DNA from: Trichoplax sp. H2
Taxonomy: Eukaryota
Reading direction: 5' to 3'
NCBI GenBank assembly: GCA_003344405.1
Contig: NOWV01000013.1
Coordinates: 434,001 to 498,000, forward strand
Length of the DNA stretch: 64,000 nucleotides
In this document: piece by piece, positions 15,001-27,300 of the stretch
Layout: every line of letters starts with the position of its first letter
Numbering within the stretch: position 1 is the first letter of the stretch
Position numbers and translations under genes: made by a program
The notes under the pieces: model-generated
The model's input: only the letters and a program-made list of their open reading frames with translations
Told to the model about the DNA's origin: nothing
The model's database searches: none

Positions 15001-17184
15001 TTCATCGCACCACTCTTTTATAATGCGAGATCCCTATATTGATACCGTAATTATTATTATTGTAATTATAACAATTCAGTATGATGATAGTTTTGGTGAT
15101 GGTTGCTATTTGTAGATCTGCCCATTAGTATTTAAATACGTTTCACACAAGCTCAGAAAATCTTATAATTTTTAAATGCCTAACATTGGAGATTACTGAA
15201 TGTACGATTCTAGTCGTATTGTCACGAATTCGATCCACTTTTTTACGTTACTTGCGCTTTATAATAAACGTGCGAAATTAAGCGTTGCGCCATAAACTTC
15301 TATAACTGTTATATACTTCCATGTGCAATTTATGCGAGGATATTTTTAAAATTCTGTCTCATTAAGAGTAATTGTGTATCTAGCAAATTACTCCTCCCGT
15401 CTATCGCGATATTAATTAATTTGAGGAGTGGACTTTAGTGCTATAATTTCTTAGTATTGAAGAAACAACTTGTTGATTACAATCATAATCAAATCAACAG
15501 TTATTACTGTATTGCATATAGTCAGCATCGTGGAATATGTACATTGTACAGTATCCATTATAATATTGTATAGGTCATGTAATCAATCCAACGTCATTTG
15601 ATCTAAAGGACCGCTAACAATATCGATGCCCAGCATTGTTATGGAGAACAGGTTATATTCAATTATCGTCAAAAAAACAGAAAGGTCCGCTGACTGGATA
15701 GACACACAGTACTGTACATTAATGCATAATGTAATTCATTAACAATATGTCCGTCACTGTCATCACCTTACATAATTCATAATTGAAGAAATGCATTTAT
15801 AATATATACAGTATATATATATACTGTATTTAATGATTCATAATATTGTAAACTATCAACATTTTTGCAAGGCTTCAAAAATTACTTTCGAACGTTAATT
15901 TTATTCTACGTATATACGACTGTAATCGAATTACGGACTTTTGTTGCCGACAAAATATTGTTGCATATAGTAAACAGGACAATATGACGTACAGTGCTGT
16001 TTAATTGATGTACTGTATGTTCAACGACTTTCTTTGATATTTACCGTAAATGAGAAGTGCCTGATTGCACTATTTTTCTTTTCATGTATTTTAATTACAG
16101 TATCGACCTGTAATTAGACCACTATTATGAAAGTAATTTCTTACGCTGACCTTTATTTCGTGTTTTTATTAACGTGTGCCAGAGTGTAACCGGTAGCTGC
16201 AACACTATGCTATTTCATTTCTGTCACGTAAAATTTTAATGCATATTAAATGGGCTTAAAAATATTTTGTCTTCCGGCTGATTATTCATTGATGCATGAC
16301 ATGACAATGCATAGTTACTCTATTGCATGCTGATATCAAGACTACATCTGGATTTGCTTACTGGCATTGCATTCTAGTCTCTAGATTAATGTATAACGTA
16401 ATGTTTATTATGAATGAATTGAAACTAACTATTTTTAAATTTTCTTTTATCTTATTTCACTGTAGGATTGGGAATTACTCTTATTAGAAAAGCTCAAATG
16501 GGATTTGGGCTCAGTTACTCCGCTAGATTTTTTAGATCAAATTCTTTATCGATTGAGTTTTGAATTAAAAGATTATGTTCATATGCTCAAAAAGCACGCA
16601 TATACATTAATTGCATTATGCTGTACAGGTCAGTATATCAAAAAAGATCTCATTCTTGATATCTTTTAATTTTGACGTAAACCTTATTGTATCTGTCAAG
16701 CATTGCTGAACATCCCACTTTTTTTGCTCTTTAGACTTTCAATTGTGTACTAATCCACCGTCAATGATAGCTGGTGGGTGTATCTTATGCGCCTTAGCTG
16801 GTGTCTTACCTCAAAATGACAACTCCATTGCCATAGTTAATCGTATTGTACAGAAAATAACTAGCATTGAACCGGTAAGAACTACTACATTATTGATGGC
16901 TGTGAATGTCCAAAAATACAAGTCCTAAAGAGTAGTTACTGTATTGGACTTTACTATTATTTACTAAAGTAATGCAGCATATATTCAGTAAAATTTTATG
17001 CAATACAATTTCTGATTCTGAGCTCTGCATTTAACAGGATTATTTGATCTGCTGTAAAGAACAAGTCGAAGATCTTTTATCGAAAACCAATTCAAGCCAT
17101 AAAATCGATCAAATCGATGGTGCTAATGGTTACATGAGTGAAACACCGACAGACTTAGACGATATGCAGCATCTTGTAACTTAA
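12077..17184 (+). CDS. CCND: G1/S-specific cyclin D
   Basis: Five exons: 12077-12265, 12909-13124, 16466-16628, 16735-16874, 17038-17184 (TAA). N-terminal LxCxE (LLCSE); cyclin box [17 protein letters not shown]...[13 protein letters not shown]...[16 protein letters not shown]...[14 protein letters not shown]-terminal ETPTD degron. AATAAA at 17897. Confidence 0.97.
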
Positions 17185-17396
17185 AAACTTTTCCTATTGC
17201 TGCTATAAGCGAGATATTGTAATTTGATCATCTTCAAAATAAAAAAATTGATAACAAATCATGCGCTAGTGCATCATTTTAAGAATAATAATATTACTAT
17301 ATATAAAATTTAATAAGCCTGCTTTTTCCAACGATACATGTTATGCTATCTTTTATCATTTATACGTATATCTTATTACAAGTATCGTAAGGCAAC

Positions 17397-17402
<6 letters not shown>

Positions 17403-17427
<25 letters not shown>

Positions 17428-17428
17428 T
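17403..17428. repeat. (TA)n microsatellite in the cyclin D 3' UTR
   Basis: Run of about 13 TA units read directly. Confidence 0.9.
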
Positions 17429-19529
17429 CACACTTTGTGAGTGTGTAATTGATGACAACTCTAATGACAATAATGTAGAGCACGTTTTGACTTCTTTGCC
17501 TGAACTAAGGCTATGATACCATAGCGAAATAATAGTGGATATCAATCCTCGAATAGCATAATTATCACCTAGTACTATGTTGCTTTTTCCTCATTCTAAT
17601 GTAATGTAACACAAGATGCGATCATATTTCATTTATTTTTATTCGCATCTGATTGTACGTCAGTTTCTTGAAAATTCGTGTGCAGCGTTTAATGCCTTCG
17701 AAGTCTACACTTTAATGAAGACCCTTGGCGAGATGTTATAAATCGATATCCTAGTATCATGTAATTGAACGAATGTGTGATACAATATATGGGTGTTCAA
17801 GAATGCTTTCTTTCACTAGATCGCGGAGAGGTGTTATTCGTAGTAATTTTTATTCAACTCTTGTAATGTCCACCTTTTGTAAACTTATTTTATAGAAATA
17901 AAAATATTTTTCAATTGGAAAACTGCACTGCTGGCTCCATGTGTATATTCATTGGTATTGTATGTACTGTTTGCATCTATTGAAGGCAGTGGATATTATA
18001 ATCCGTGATACGTTCAAAATTTAAAGCACCTTGATTCTTGGTGATAGTTTACGTTATCAACTGCATTATGCCAATCACTAGAGTAGAGGTAGACAAGAAA
18101 TTATAAAACACCATTGCCTATTAGAGTATGCGGATTAGCTGAGTATATAGTGAAATCTTTAGCTTGGCATGATTATGAGACTGCGAGCAATGTAATAAAC
18201 AAGCTGTGGTACCTTAATCTAGGATTTTTGACATTATGGCATGACTTGACAAATTATTATGAAATATTTTCCCCGTGAGGCTACTGTACGTCTATCGTAG
18301 GTTAGAAATTGATCATTGGAATCGTTTGCTCCTCTCGATGTTATTGAAAGCAATGTCGATCATTGATTGATGCTAATTAATACGTACTAGAAAGATCCAA
18401 ATAGCACATATGGTCCATTGCACATTTCTAATCAGTGATCGGATTTTGATAAATAATCTATTCGATATTACTTGATGATTTGGCCTAGGTGATATCTCGC
18501 TATGGATGATTTACTTGTATGTATTGTAGTTGTATTCTAGGGCTGCACAATAAAGTCAAGAAGCATGAATGTGTGTGTAACTAGTAAAATAATTCATGGC
18601 TAAAAACTTTGCATATCGTTACTGTAAGTAATTGGACTACTAATTCTAATTGAAAGTAGCAATGTGGTAGCTTAGTATGGATAAGTATCAGCAACAATTA
18701 TCACCCTATACAGCATATTGCGTTTATCGTATAGTGGTGACCATTGAATTGCTTTCGGTCGTAGACATCGATGAAAAGTACTAATGCATTATTATAACAG
18801 ACGAGCATCTGTAAAACAATATATAGAGTCTCAGGTATGGCACATTGCATCATCAAGTATGTATGGCATCCAGATCTGTACTCTACAGAGCGTAACATGC
18901 ATATATAAATATACAAATCACTTTTATATTTTAATATTAATTAGTGGTCATGAAGTTAATCAAATTATAGAATTATTCTTATTGATTTCTAAATCACACC
19001 ATTGTCTATTGCATTCCTGATTGCAACGTACTGGATGATGGACCACTACAACACCGGCTTGTAATGGTGCATGAATTGGTATCCAATATGTACAGGATAT
19101 TGTACAACGAACTCACTAATGCATCTTTTTTGCTCGCTTACGACATAGCATAACCTTTACTCTGGACTTTCAAATTGACAGACAAGACGTCTCATTCTGC
19201 ATATTAAATTAATTATTCATTGCACAGCATCATCCACTACGCACAAATATCATCAGTCTCTTTACTGACCATTTACATGATTTTGCAGTATACTCGCTCT
19301 CCTGCATAAACCCTATTGCAGTCTCATTTGTGGATGCACTGTCGCCCCAAAATAACCCTCCAGCCTGTGGCTTTTGTATGGGCTTTTGCTGACTTGGTGT
19401 TAACTATGCCTTCAACACAAAACTGAACCATGGAATCAAAGTTTTACGAGGACCTCAGCTGTACTCTACTGTGCTTACTGCGTGCTGTACAGTGTATATG
19501 TGGTATACTGTATAACCAATATCAACTGA

Positions 19530-21140
19530 TTCATCCTCCAGTCTATCAACCTAGTCAAAACAGAAGACTACAGTAAAAGTGATGCCACTATAATACCATT
19601 AGAATGCTGTCTACAAGTGACAATTATTTTTTCCCCTATACTGTAGTCATCACTTTCTGCTACAGTAATCCCAGTGTTCAACTAAACAGAGTTTATACGA
19701 GTGACTACTGACAGTCACTGACCCATCCAGTTTATCAACCTAGTCAAAACAGAAGACTACAGTACAGTAAAAGTAATGTCACTATAATAGCATTAGAATG
19801 CTGTCTACAAGTGACATTTGTTTTTTCCCCTATACTTTAGTCATCACTTTCTGCTACAGTTAATCCCAGTGTTCAACTAAACAGAGTTTATACGAGTGAG
19901 TGCTGACCGAAACTGACTCACTAACTTATTCACTCTATCAACCTAGTCAAAACAGCACATGATAGTAAAAGTGATATTACTATAATATCATTAGAATGCT
20001 GTCTACAAGTGATATTTGTTTTTTCCCCTATACTTTAGTCATCACTTTCTGCTACAGTATCCCAGTGTTCAACTAAACAGAGTTTATACGAGTGACTACT
20101 GAAATCACTGACCCATCCAGTTTATCAACCTAGTCAAAACAGAAGACAACAGTACAGTAAAAGTAATGTCACTATAATAGCATTAGAATACTGTCAACAT
20201 GTGACATTTGTTTTGTTCCCTATACTGTACTTTAGTGACAGACTACAGTACAGTAAAAGTAGTGTCACTATAATAGGATTAGAATACTGTCTACATGTGA
20301 CATTTGTTTTGTTCCGTATACTGTACTTTAGTGATAGACTACAGTACAGTAAAAGTAATGTCACTATAATAGCATTAGAATTCTGTCTACAAGTGATATT
20401 TGTTTTTTCCCCTATACTTTAGTCATCACTTTCTGCTACAGTAATCCCAGTGTTCAACTAAACAGAGTTTATACGAGTGACTACTGAAATCACTGACCCA
20501 TCCAGTTAATCAACCTAGTCAAAACAGAAGACAACAGTACAGTAAAAGTAATGTCACTATAATAGCATTAGAATACTGTCTACAAGTGACATTTGTTTTG
20601 TTCCGTATACTGTACTTCAGTGATAGACTACAGTACAGTAAAAGTAATGTCACTATAATAGCATTAGAATACTGTCTACATGTGACATTTGTTTTGTTCC
20701 CTATACTGTACTTTAGTGATATCTACGAGTGACTGCTGAGCGTCACTGACTCATCCAGTTTATCAACCTAGTCAAAACAGAAGACTACAGTACAGTAAAA
20801 GTAATGTCACTATAATAGCATTAGAATACTGTCTACAAGTGACATTTGTTTTGTTCCGTATACTGTACTTCAGTGATAGACTACAGTACAGTAAAAGTAA
20901 TGTCACTATAATACCATTAGAATACTGTCTACAAGTGACATTTGTTTTGTTCCGTATACTGTACGTTAGTGATATCTACGAGTGACTGCTGAGCGTCACT
21001 GACTCATCCAGTTTATCAACCAAGTTAAAACACAAGTGTACAGTGTAGAAACAGTACGTGTCAGTGGTGACCACTGACCCTCAGTAAAAGTAATGTCATT
21101 ATAATACGATCAGAATGTTGTCTACAAGTGACATTTATTT
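19530..21140. repeat. Higher-order tandem repeat (satellite-like), about 190 bp units with about 96 bp sub-units
   Basis: The core CAGTAAAAGTAATGTCACTATAATAGCATTAGAATACTGTCTACAAGTGACATTTGTTTT occurs about 11 times. The junction TATCAACCTAGTCAAAAC has its CTAG at 19551, 19740, 19943, 20130, 20515 and 20768, with a variant at 21021. Confidence 0.95.
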
Positions 21141-21335
21141 TTCGCGTATGCTTAAGTGGTAACTTGCTAGTACAGTTAACCAGATGCGAAACTAAACACA
21201 GTTGATACGGTATAGTACTGGTGGTGGCGTGCTGAGCGTGTCGTGCACACAGTACTTCAACTGTCTTTTACAAGTCCCATGATCTTCCTCTTCAGTACCA
21301 GTTACACAAACTTCTCGAAGAAGGCGTTTAGCAAG

Positions 21336-24300
21336 ATGTGGCGAGCTGGTGTGGATACCAAATTTTCGACTACAGAAAGCCCTGAAGATGACGACTGGGA
21401 AACTGATCCTGATTTCGTAGTAAGTATTGTATATTAGTTATGATAGTTATACTATAAATTATGGAATTGACATTAGCACAGTGACTGTTGTGTAAGAAAG
21501 TTGCAATTCCATTGCGCTAAAACTGCCCGGTACTGTACGCATGAACGATGGTAAGTAGTTATGATGAAGTAGACGACTAGAGAAGAGCGACAATTCTTAC
21601 ACAGTACTTTCATCACTGGATGCAATTCGACTTCGAAAACTTGAGTATTATACTTGTCTAATGTATAGTTTGCAATGCCATTCTTAAAGTATGAATCCTA
21701 CTCATTTATACGTATACTGTTACGCAGTGTACAGAGATGATGGAGTTGTTCTACAAGTTGAAGCATTGTTATTCACTTCCTGGGTTACAACATGGTTAGA
21801 CCTGAGGATATTATGATGCATACGAGTTTATCCACTAGTCTATCATCCATCAATTTGTAGACGGTACTGGGATAAAAATTGCCCTTTTTGATCAATAAAG
21901 TGATGAAGACTTCATGTTAGTCAGTAGCAGTACAGAGAGTCATTACTCTATAGTGATTTGTTTTGAAACTAAACTGGGATTATGTGTACAATTTCCCATC
22001 TCTATTATTGACTGTACACGTACGAGTATATTCTAATCAATGGGAGTAGTAATAAAGTGATCAAGAGTACTGTACAGCTAGTCGGCTTTTCATAGTTGTC
22101 CCTTGAAACATTATACTACATTACATCTTAGTCATTGGGAGTACCAATAGTTACTTTTCTTTACTTATAAGTATACATTGATACTAAATTGGGATTATGT
22201 GTAAGAATTAGGCGTACTGTATACTCGGTCAGCAAGGACACAAAGTATCACGAGCACTTACTCTGTACAGTCAATCGGATTTGTATATAAATGGTCAGCC
22301 TTTCATAACTACAGTACGTTTTGTTACTAAATCAGACATAGACTACGTGTAGAACTTTCTATTGCCTACTGTACCTTACGTTTGTTTATATGCTAGTCAA
22401 GATAAGTGCAGTAGCCAGCTTGTGATAGTTATACATTTTGATATCAAGCTGTACGTCTACTATGTAATTTCCTGTTCCCCACCACAATATATACCAAGCC
22501 TTCCAATTAATATGTTCAGTTAGGGTTAGGGCAATACTACCGGTTTAGGAAGCGATGTTGTCTTCTAATAACTATAATGCGACAAGTATTAGCTGCAAAG
22601 GCTTGCACTAACTAAATACTGAAGTTAACGCAATACTGAAGTAGCAAGTCGAGCTCTAAGGCGTACATAGTTGTAGATGTAGCCATATTTTGCGGTGTTG
22701 CATTCGTAGATCTGTCAAAATTAATACCATTGCTAAGTACGAAGTCGAAAAGGTACTTGCCCAAGACTTGGCTACAATTTACAGTATTATAATGTACAGT
22801 TGCCAAAGTTAGTACCATTATTAAGTGACAAGTCGAATAGGTACCTACTACAGAACATAACAAAATACTAGGTTATACAGTTGCAGATCCGGCCACTATT
22901 TCCAGTCTTATAAATTTACAATATTGTTCCACTCATTGCTTAGACTTTACTACCGCTGGCTCGTTTTACATTATTAACACATTACGATCAAGTACTTCTA
23001 TCATACAAACTAATTTTTTCTCCCCTGTTTATTTTTACACTTTCTAGAACGATGTTACTGAGGAAGAGCAGCGGTTCGGATCCAAAACAGTCGAAGGTTC
23101 TGGTTCACAGCGAGTCCTCGAGTGAGTTCTACTCTTACATACAAAGCACAGTATTTTTTATAATACAGTACGTTTCCCAAACTACCAGATGAATGAACCT
23201 AAGACTGACATTTAATTGTTTACTTGCAACAAACCGCCATGTATAGTATTGATCTTCAACGTGTCTTTGATATAACATGAAATAGTTAACAGAATCATCA
23301 TGTTATCTTCCTAAGTAATTTATCTTTAAATGATAGAAGAATATTGTCAAAACAAGATTTAACTTTGTCATTACCGTATATTGTATTTCATGTATTTGCA
23401 TGTGATATTCCCTGAAACACACTTTACTCATAATAGCGTAGATCAACTTAACATCTTAAGGTGCTCTACTTTAGTATAAAGCTATATTAAAAATTATGTT
23501 ATTTTCTTTACAGCATGAATAAACTGAGAGATGATGTTAAGGACTCTGATAAGAAGAGTAAGGAGGGTAAGTTATTCCATGTAACGTTAATAATGTCGAT
23601 AGGGTGATAAAATTTTTCATTCTTAAACTTTAAACTTTTTTAAATATCTATCTTTCATTTTATACATACATGTATATAGCTCAAGGGTATCCTGAAAGAC
23701 TATCAAATCCATCTTACTCTTTTGATATAATACTTACACCTACTCACATATTTCCATTGGAGCAAAGTTATTTGTAGTTAATGTACTCAATATCTAGTTT
23801 GAAACTGCTCAAACTACTACTATATATGAAAGGTTTTTAAAACTTGTACTTGCTGGTTGTAACTTCGAATTTTAATAGGAAACAGAATTCTGCCAATATT
23901 CATGTGATCAGTTCTTGTACAGGCGTACCGGTAGCTAGTTTCGTTATATTTTCATTATCCTGCGGCACTAAATTTTTTATTCTAGTTGTTTTGCCTTTCT
24001 TTTGAGACTGGAGTTAATTCATAAATAATAGTTTACAAAAGTTGTCAGCTTAACTGAAGTATATTAGACCTAAATACAGCTACGGATACGGCGGACAATT
24101 TGGCGTACAAAAGGACCGTATGGACAAGGTAATACGTTGTTTATATTATTATATATTATCATTAATTGTAAGTTTATTTAAATCATTGTAGGTATCGGAT
24201 ATGTTGTCGTAATGAAAGCAATTAGTTTAGGCTGCTTAATTTGATAACACAAACTATCTTATCTAATAATTTCTATAGCTATTCACTTTATCATATTGTA

Positions 24301-27300
24301 ACACTTAGTATGCATAGCCTTAAATAATAATCTTCTATAATCTCAATTATAATTATCATTACTTTACCAGTTTACCGTCATAGTAATCATATACGAATAT
24401 GACTATAGCCTATAATCTATTTTATTTATTGATTGAGTAGAGTGCGGTCAGTAACTCGTATCAGTATGTACCGGAAAAGCATTCATCTCAAACTGATTTT
24501 AAGCAAGGATTTGGTGGAAAATTTGGGATACAGAAAGATCGCCAAGATAAAGTACGTAAAATCATAGCTTAATGAAGTCTTTATACTAAGGTCTAGTAGT
24601 TACTTTAAGAAATTATAAAAAAGATGTCCTTTTATAGTCTGCAGTAGGCTACGACTATTCGGAGAAAACGGCACTGCATTCATCCCAAAAAGGTAGCTTT
24701 TATGGAAATAATAAATATGATAAATGCTGAATGATTCTTGGATAAGTATAAATATACAAAAAATTACAAAATGCTTAGTGCAACCCATCATTAATTACAA
24801 TACATAATACTTTAGCTGAATTGATTTATAAGTATTGCTTTTCTTTTAGTATCGTGTATTTAGAAGTAGTTGATATTTTCATTGCCAATTTATACTGTGT
24901 GTGAAAATGACGTTTGCAAAGGTCAAGTGTCATAAGATTCTTAAATTTATTATTATTATTATTATTATTTCTTCCTAGATTATTCTAAAGGTTTTGGAGG
25001 TAAATTTGGTGTTCAGAATGATAGACAAGATAAGGTTAGCAGATCTGATATAGCTTTATACTTAGTCCTGCAATTACATCAAAAATTATAAGAAAGATGT
25101 TTTGTTATAGTCTGCAGTAGGTTTCGACTATACGGAAAAAACCGCGTTGCATTCATCACAAAAAGGTAATAATATCAAATAATAATAAGTGGTAATTATT
25201 TAAAAAAATGTAAATAAGCAAAAAACTTATAAAACGGCTAGTGAAATCATTATTCGTTGCATTAGAATAGTAGTTTAGCTGAATTGATTTATTACCCTTT
25301 CTTTTTATGTATAACTCAGAGGCGGTTAATATTTTCTTGCCAATCTATGCTATTTACAAAGATTGTGTTTATAGTACTAATAAATTATTACCATTTCACA
25401 CCAGATTATTCCAAGGGCTTTGGAGGAAAATTTGGAGTTGAGAAAGATAAACAAGATAAGGTTAGTAAATCTGTTGAGAATTTGTACATAAGTCCAGTGG
25501 TAACATTAATAAACTGTAAAACAACTACTTTGTTATAGTCTGCTGTAGGTTTCGACTATGCGGAGAAAAATGCATTGCATTCATCCCAAAAAGGTAGTTA
25601 CTTGATATCTAAATAAATGGTGCTTATTTTGGATAGATAAATATTTAAAAGATAATAAAATGGTAATGCAGTCATCATTCATTGCAACGGTAGTAATAGT
25701 TAGCTGAATTGGCTTATAGCTATTCTATTTAGTGTATAGTATTAGAAGTAATTCATATGCCCTTTACCAATCTAGTATATTGTCTACGAGAATGATTTTA
25801 AAAGATTAAGAACTGTAAAAAATTGTTATTATTTTAAACCAGATTATTCCAAGGGCTTTGGAGGGGCATTTGGTGTTGAAAAAGACAAACAAGACAAGGT
25901 TAGCAAATCTGCTAGCGCAGTTAAGCTTTTCAACTTTTAATTGTGGCATACAGAAATGAAATAGGATAAGCTTGATATTTGCGATACTAGAAATACTTAA
26001 GATCGTCCATTCTGACCATTGATTTGTAGTCCGCCGAAAGCTGGAGTTACGTCGGTAAATCCGAACTTCATCAATCTCAAAAAGGTTTAGTGTATAATTT
26101 ATTATAAAAACAGTACGATTTCTATCCTAATATGCACTGAAAATATGTGCTCACAGAATTTAGAATTTATTGCTTCAAATCTTTGGGTAGATATAGCTCT
26201 ACAAAGAAGTGATGTAATACTAGATATTTACCTGCTTATGATTTTATTACAGCCCACTTAGCTGCAATTACGAATACAAATTCCAATAGTTTTATTTATG
26301 GCTAATACTGTTTATCGTTACTAGACTACTCGAAAGGTTTCGGAGGCAAATTTGGAGTAGAAACTGAAAAGCAAGATAAAGTAAGGATTATTTAGCTCGG
26401 TATTTCATCATATAGAATGACTTCTGTGTCAGTCTAGAAGTTTTATTATGTAAACTGTGCTTTACTATCTGGTGTAAATTACATGATTATTTACATTTTA
26501 TTACCTAGTCAGCTAACACGTCACAGTTTGATACAATTTTTCTTCGTCAATCATTACAAGCTGCTATCATTCTTTAATTTATATCCTCAATTTTTTTGTA
26601 GTCTGCCGAAAATTGGAGTTACGTTGGAAAGAATGAATTACATGAATCTCAAAAAGGTTTCACATCCTATTATTTAAACTTCGTATTTTTTGGTTCTTAA
26701 TAAGCTGATTGTACTACTACACAGTTACAACGATAGTAAAATAGAATTGTCATTAAATGTACAATATTATGATACACTCTAATACTTTACCTTCATTTAT
26801 GGTAAGATTACTCTCGCGGTTTTGGAGGAAAGTTTGGTGTTGAAAGTGATAGACAAGATAAGGTATGGTAATGCTTTATATTTTAGTAGTTGTCTTGGGA
26901 GCTAATTTCTATTCATTTATTGCACCCCAGTCTGCACATAGATTTGAAGAAGTCACTAAATCTGAATTGCATTCATCTCAGAAAGGTAGGTATCGTACTT
27001 AAGCGTAACTACGATTAAAGTATAATTATAATAAAACTAGCGTGAAGATAGCACGTAATACGTATGTCTTTCCCGTTAAGATTATTCGAAAGGTTTCGGT
27101 GGAAAATATGGAGTAAGTGAGCAAGGATCGACGGAGGTAAGTTTACGGACTACAAAGTTTTATAATTAAATTGGATGGTTGACTTTAGACACAGTACATG
27201 AACGTCTTTGCTTATTAATTTCTTCTCGAACTAATCTTATTTAAAATTATGTACATACTGTATAATTAGCAAAACTCTGATCCCGAAACTGCTACTACAA

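Noticed and set aside
19030-19082. SECIS-like hairpin (ATGA-11nt-AA...TGAA)
   Set aside because: Helix II is distorted, it lies beyond the cyclin D poly(A) signal, and I found no upstream UGA-containing selenoprotein exons.
20201-20422. 73-aa ORF with internal repeats; array superficially CRISPR-like
   Set aside because: It is a translation of the satellite. The intervening sequences are themselves repeated rather than unique spacers, there are no cas genes, and the context is eukaryotic.
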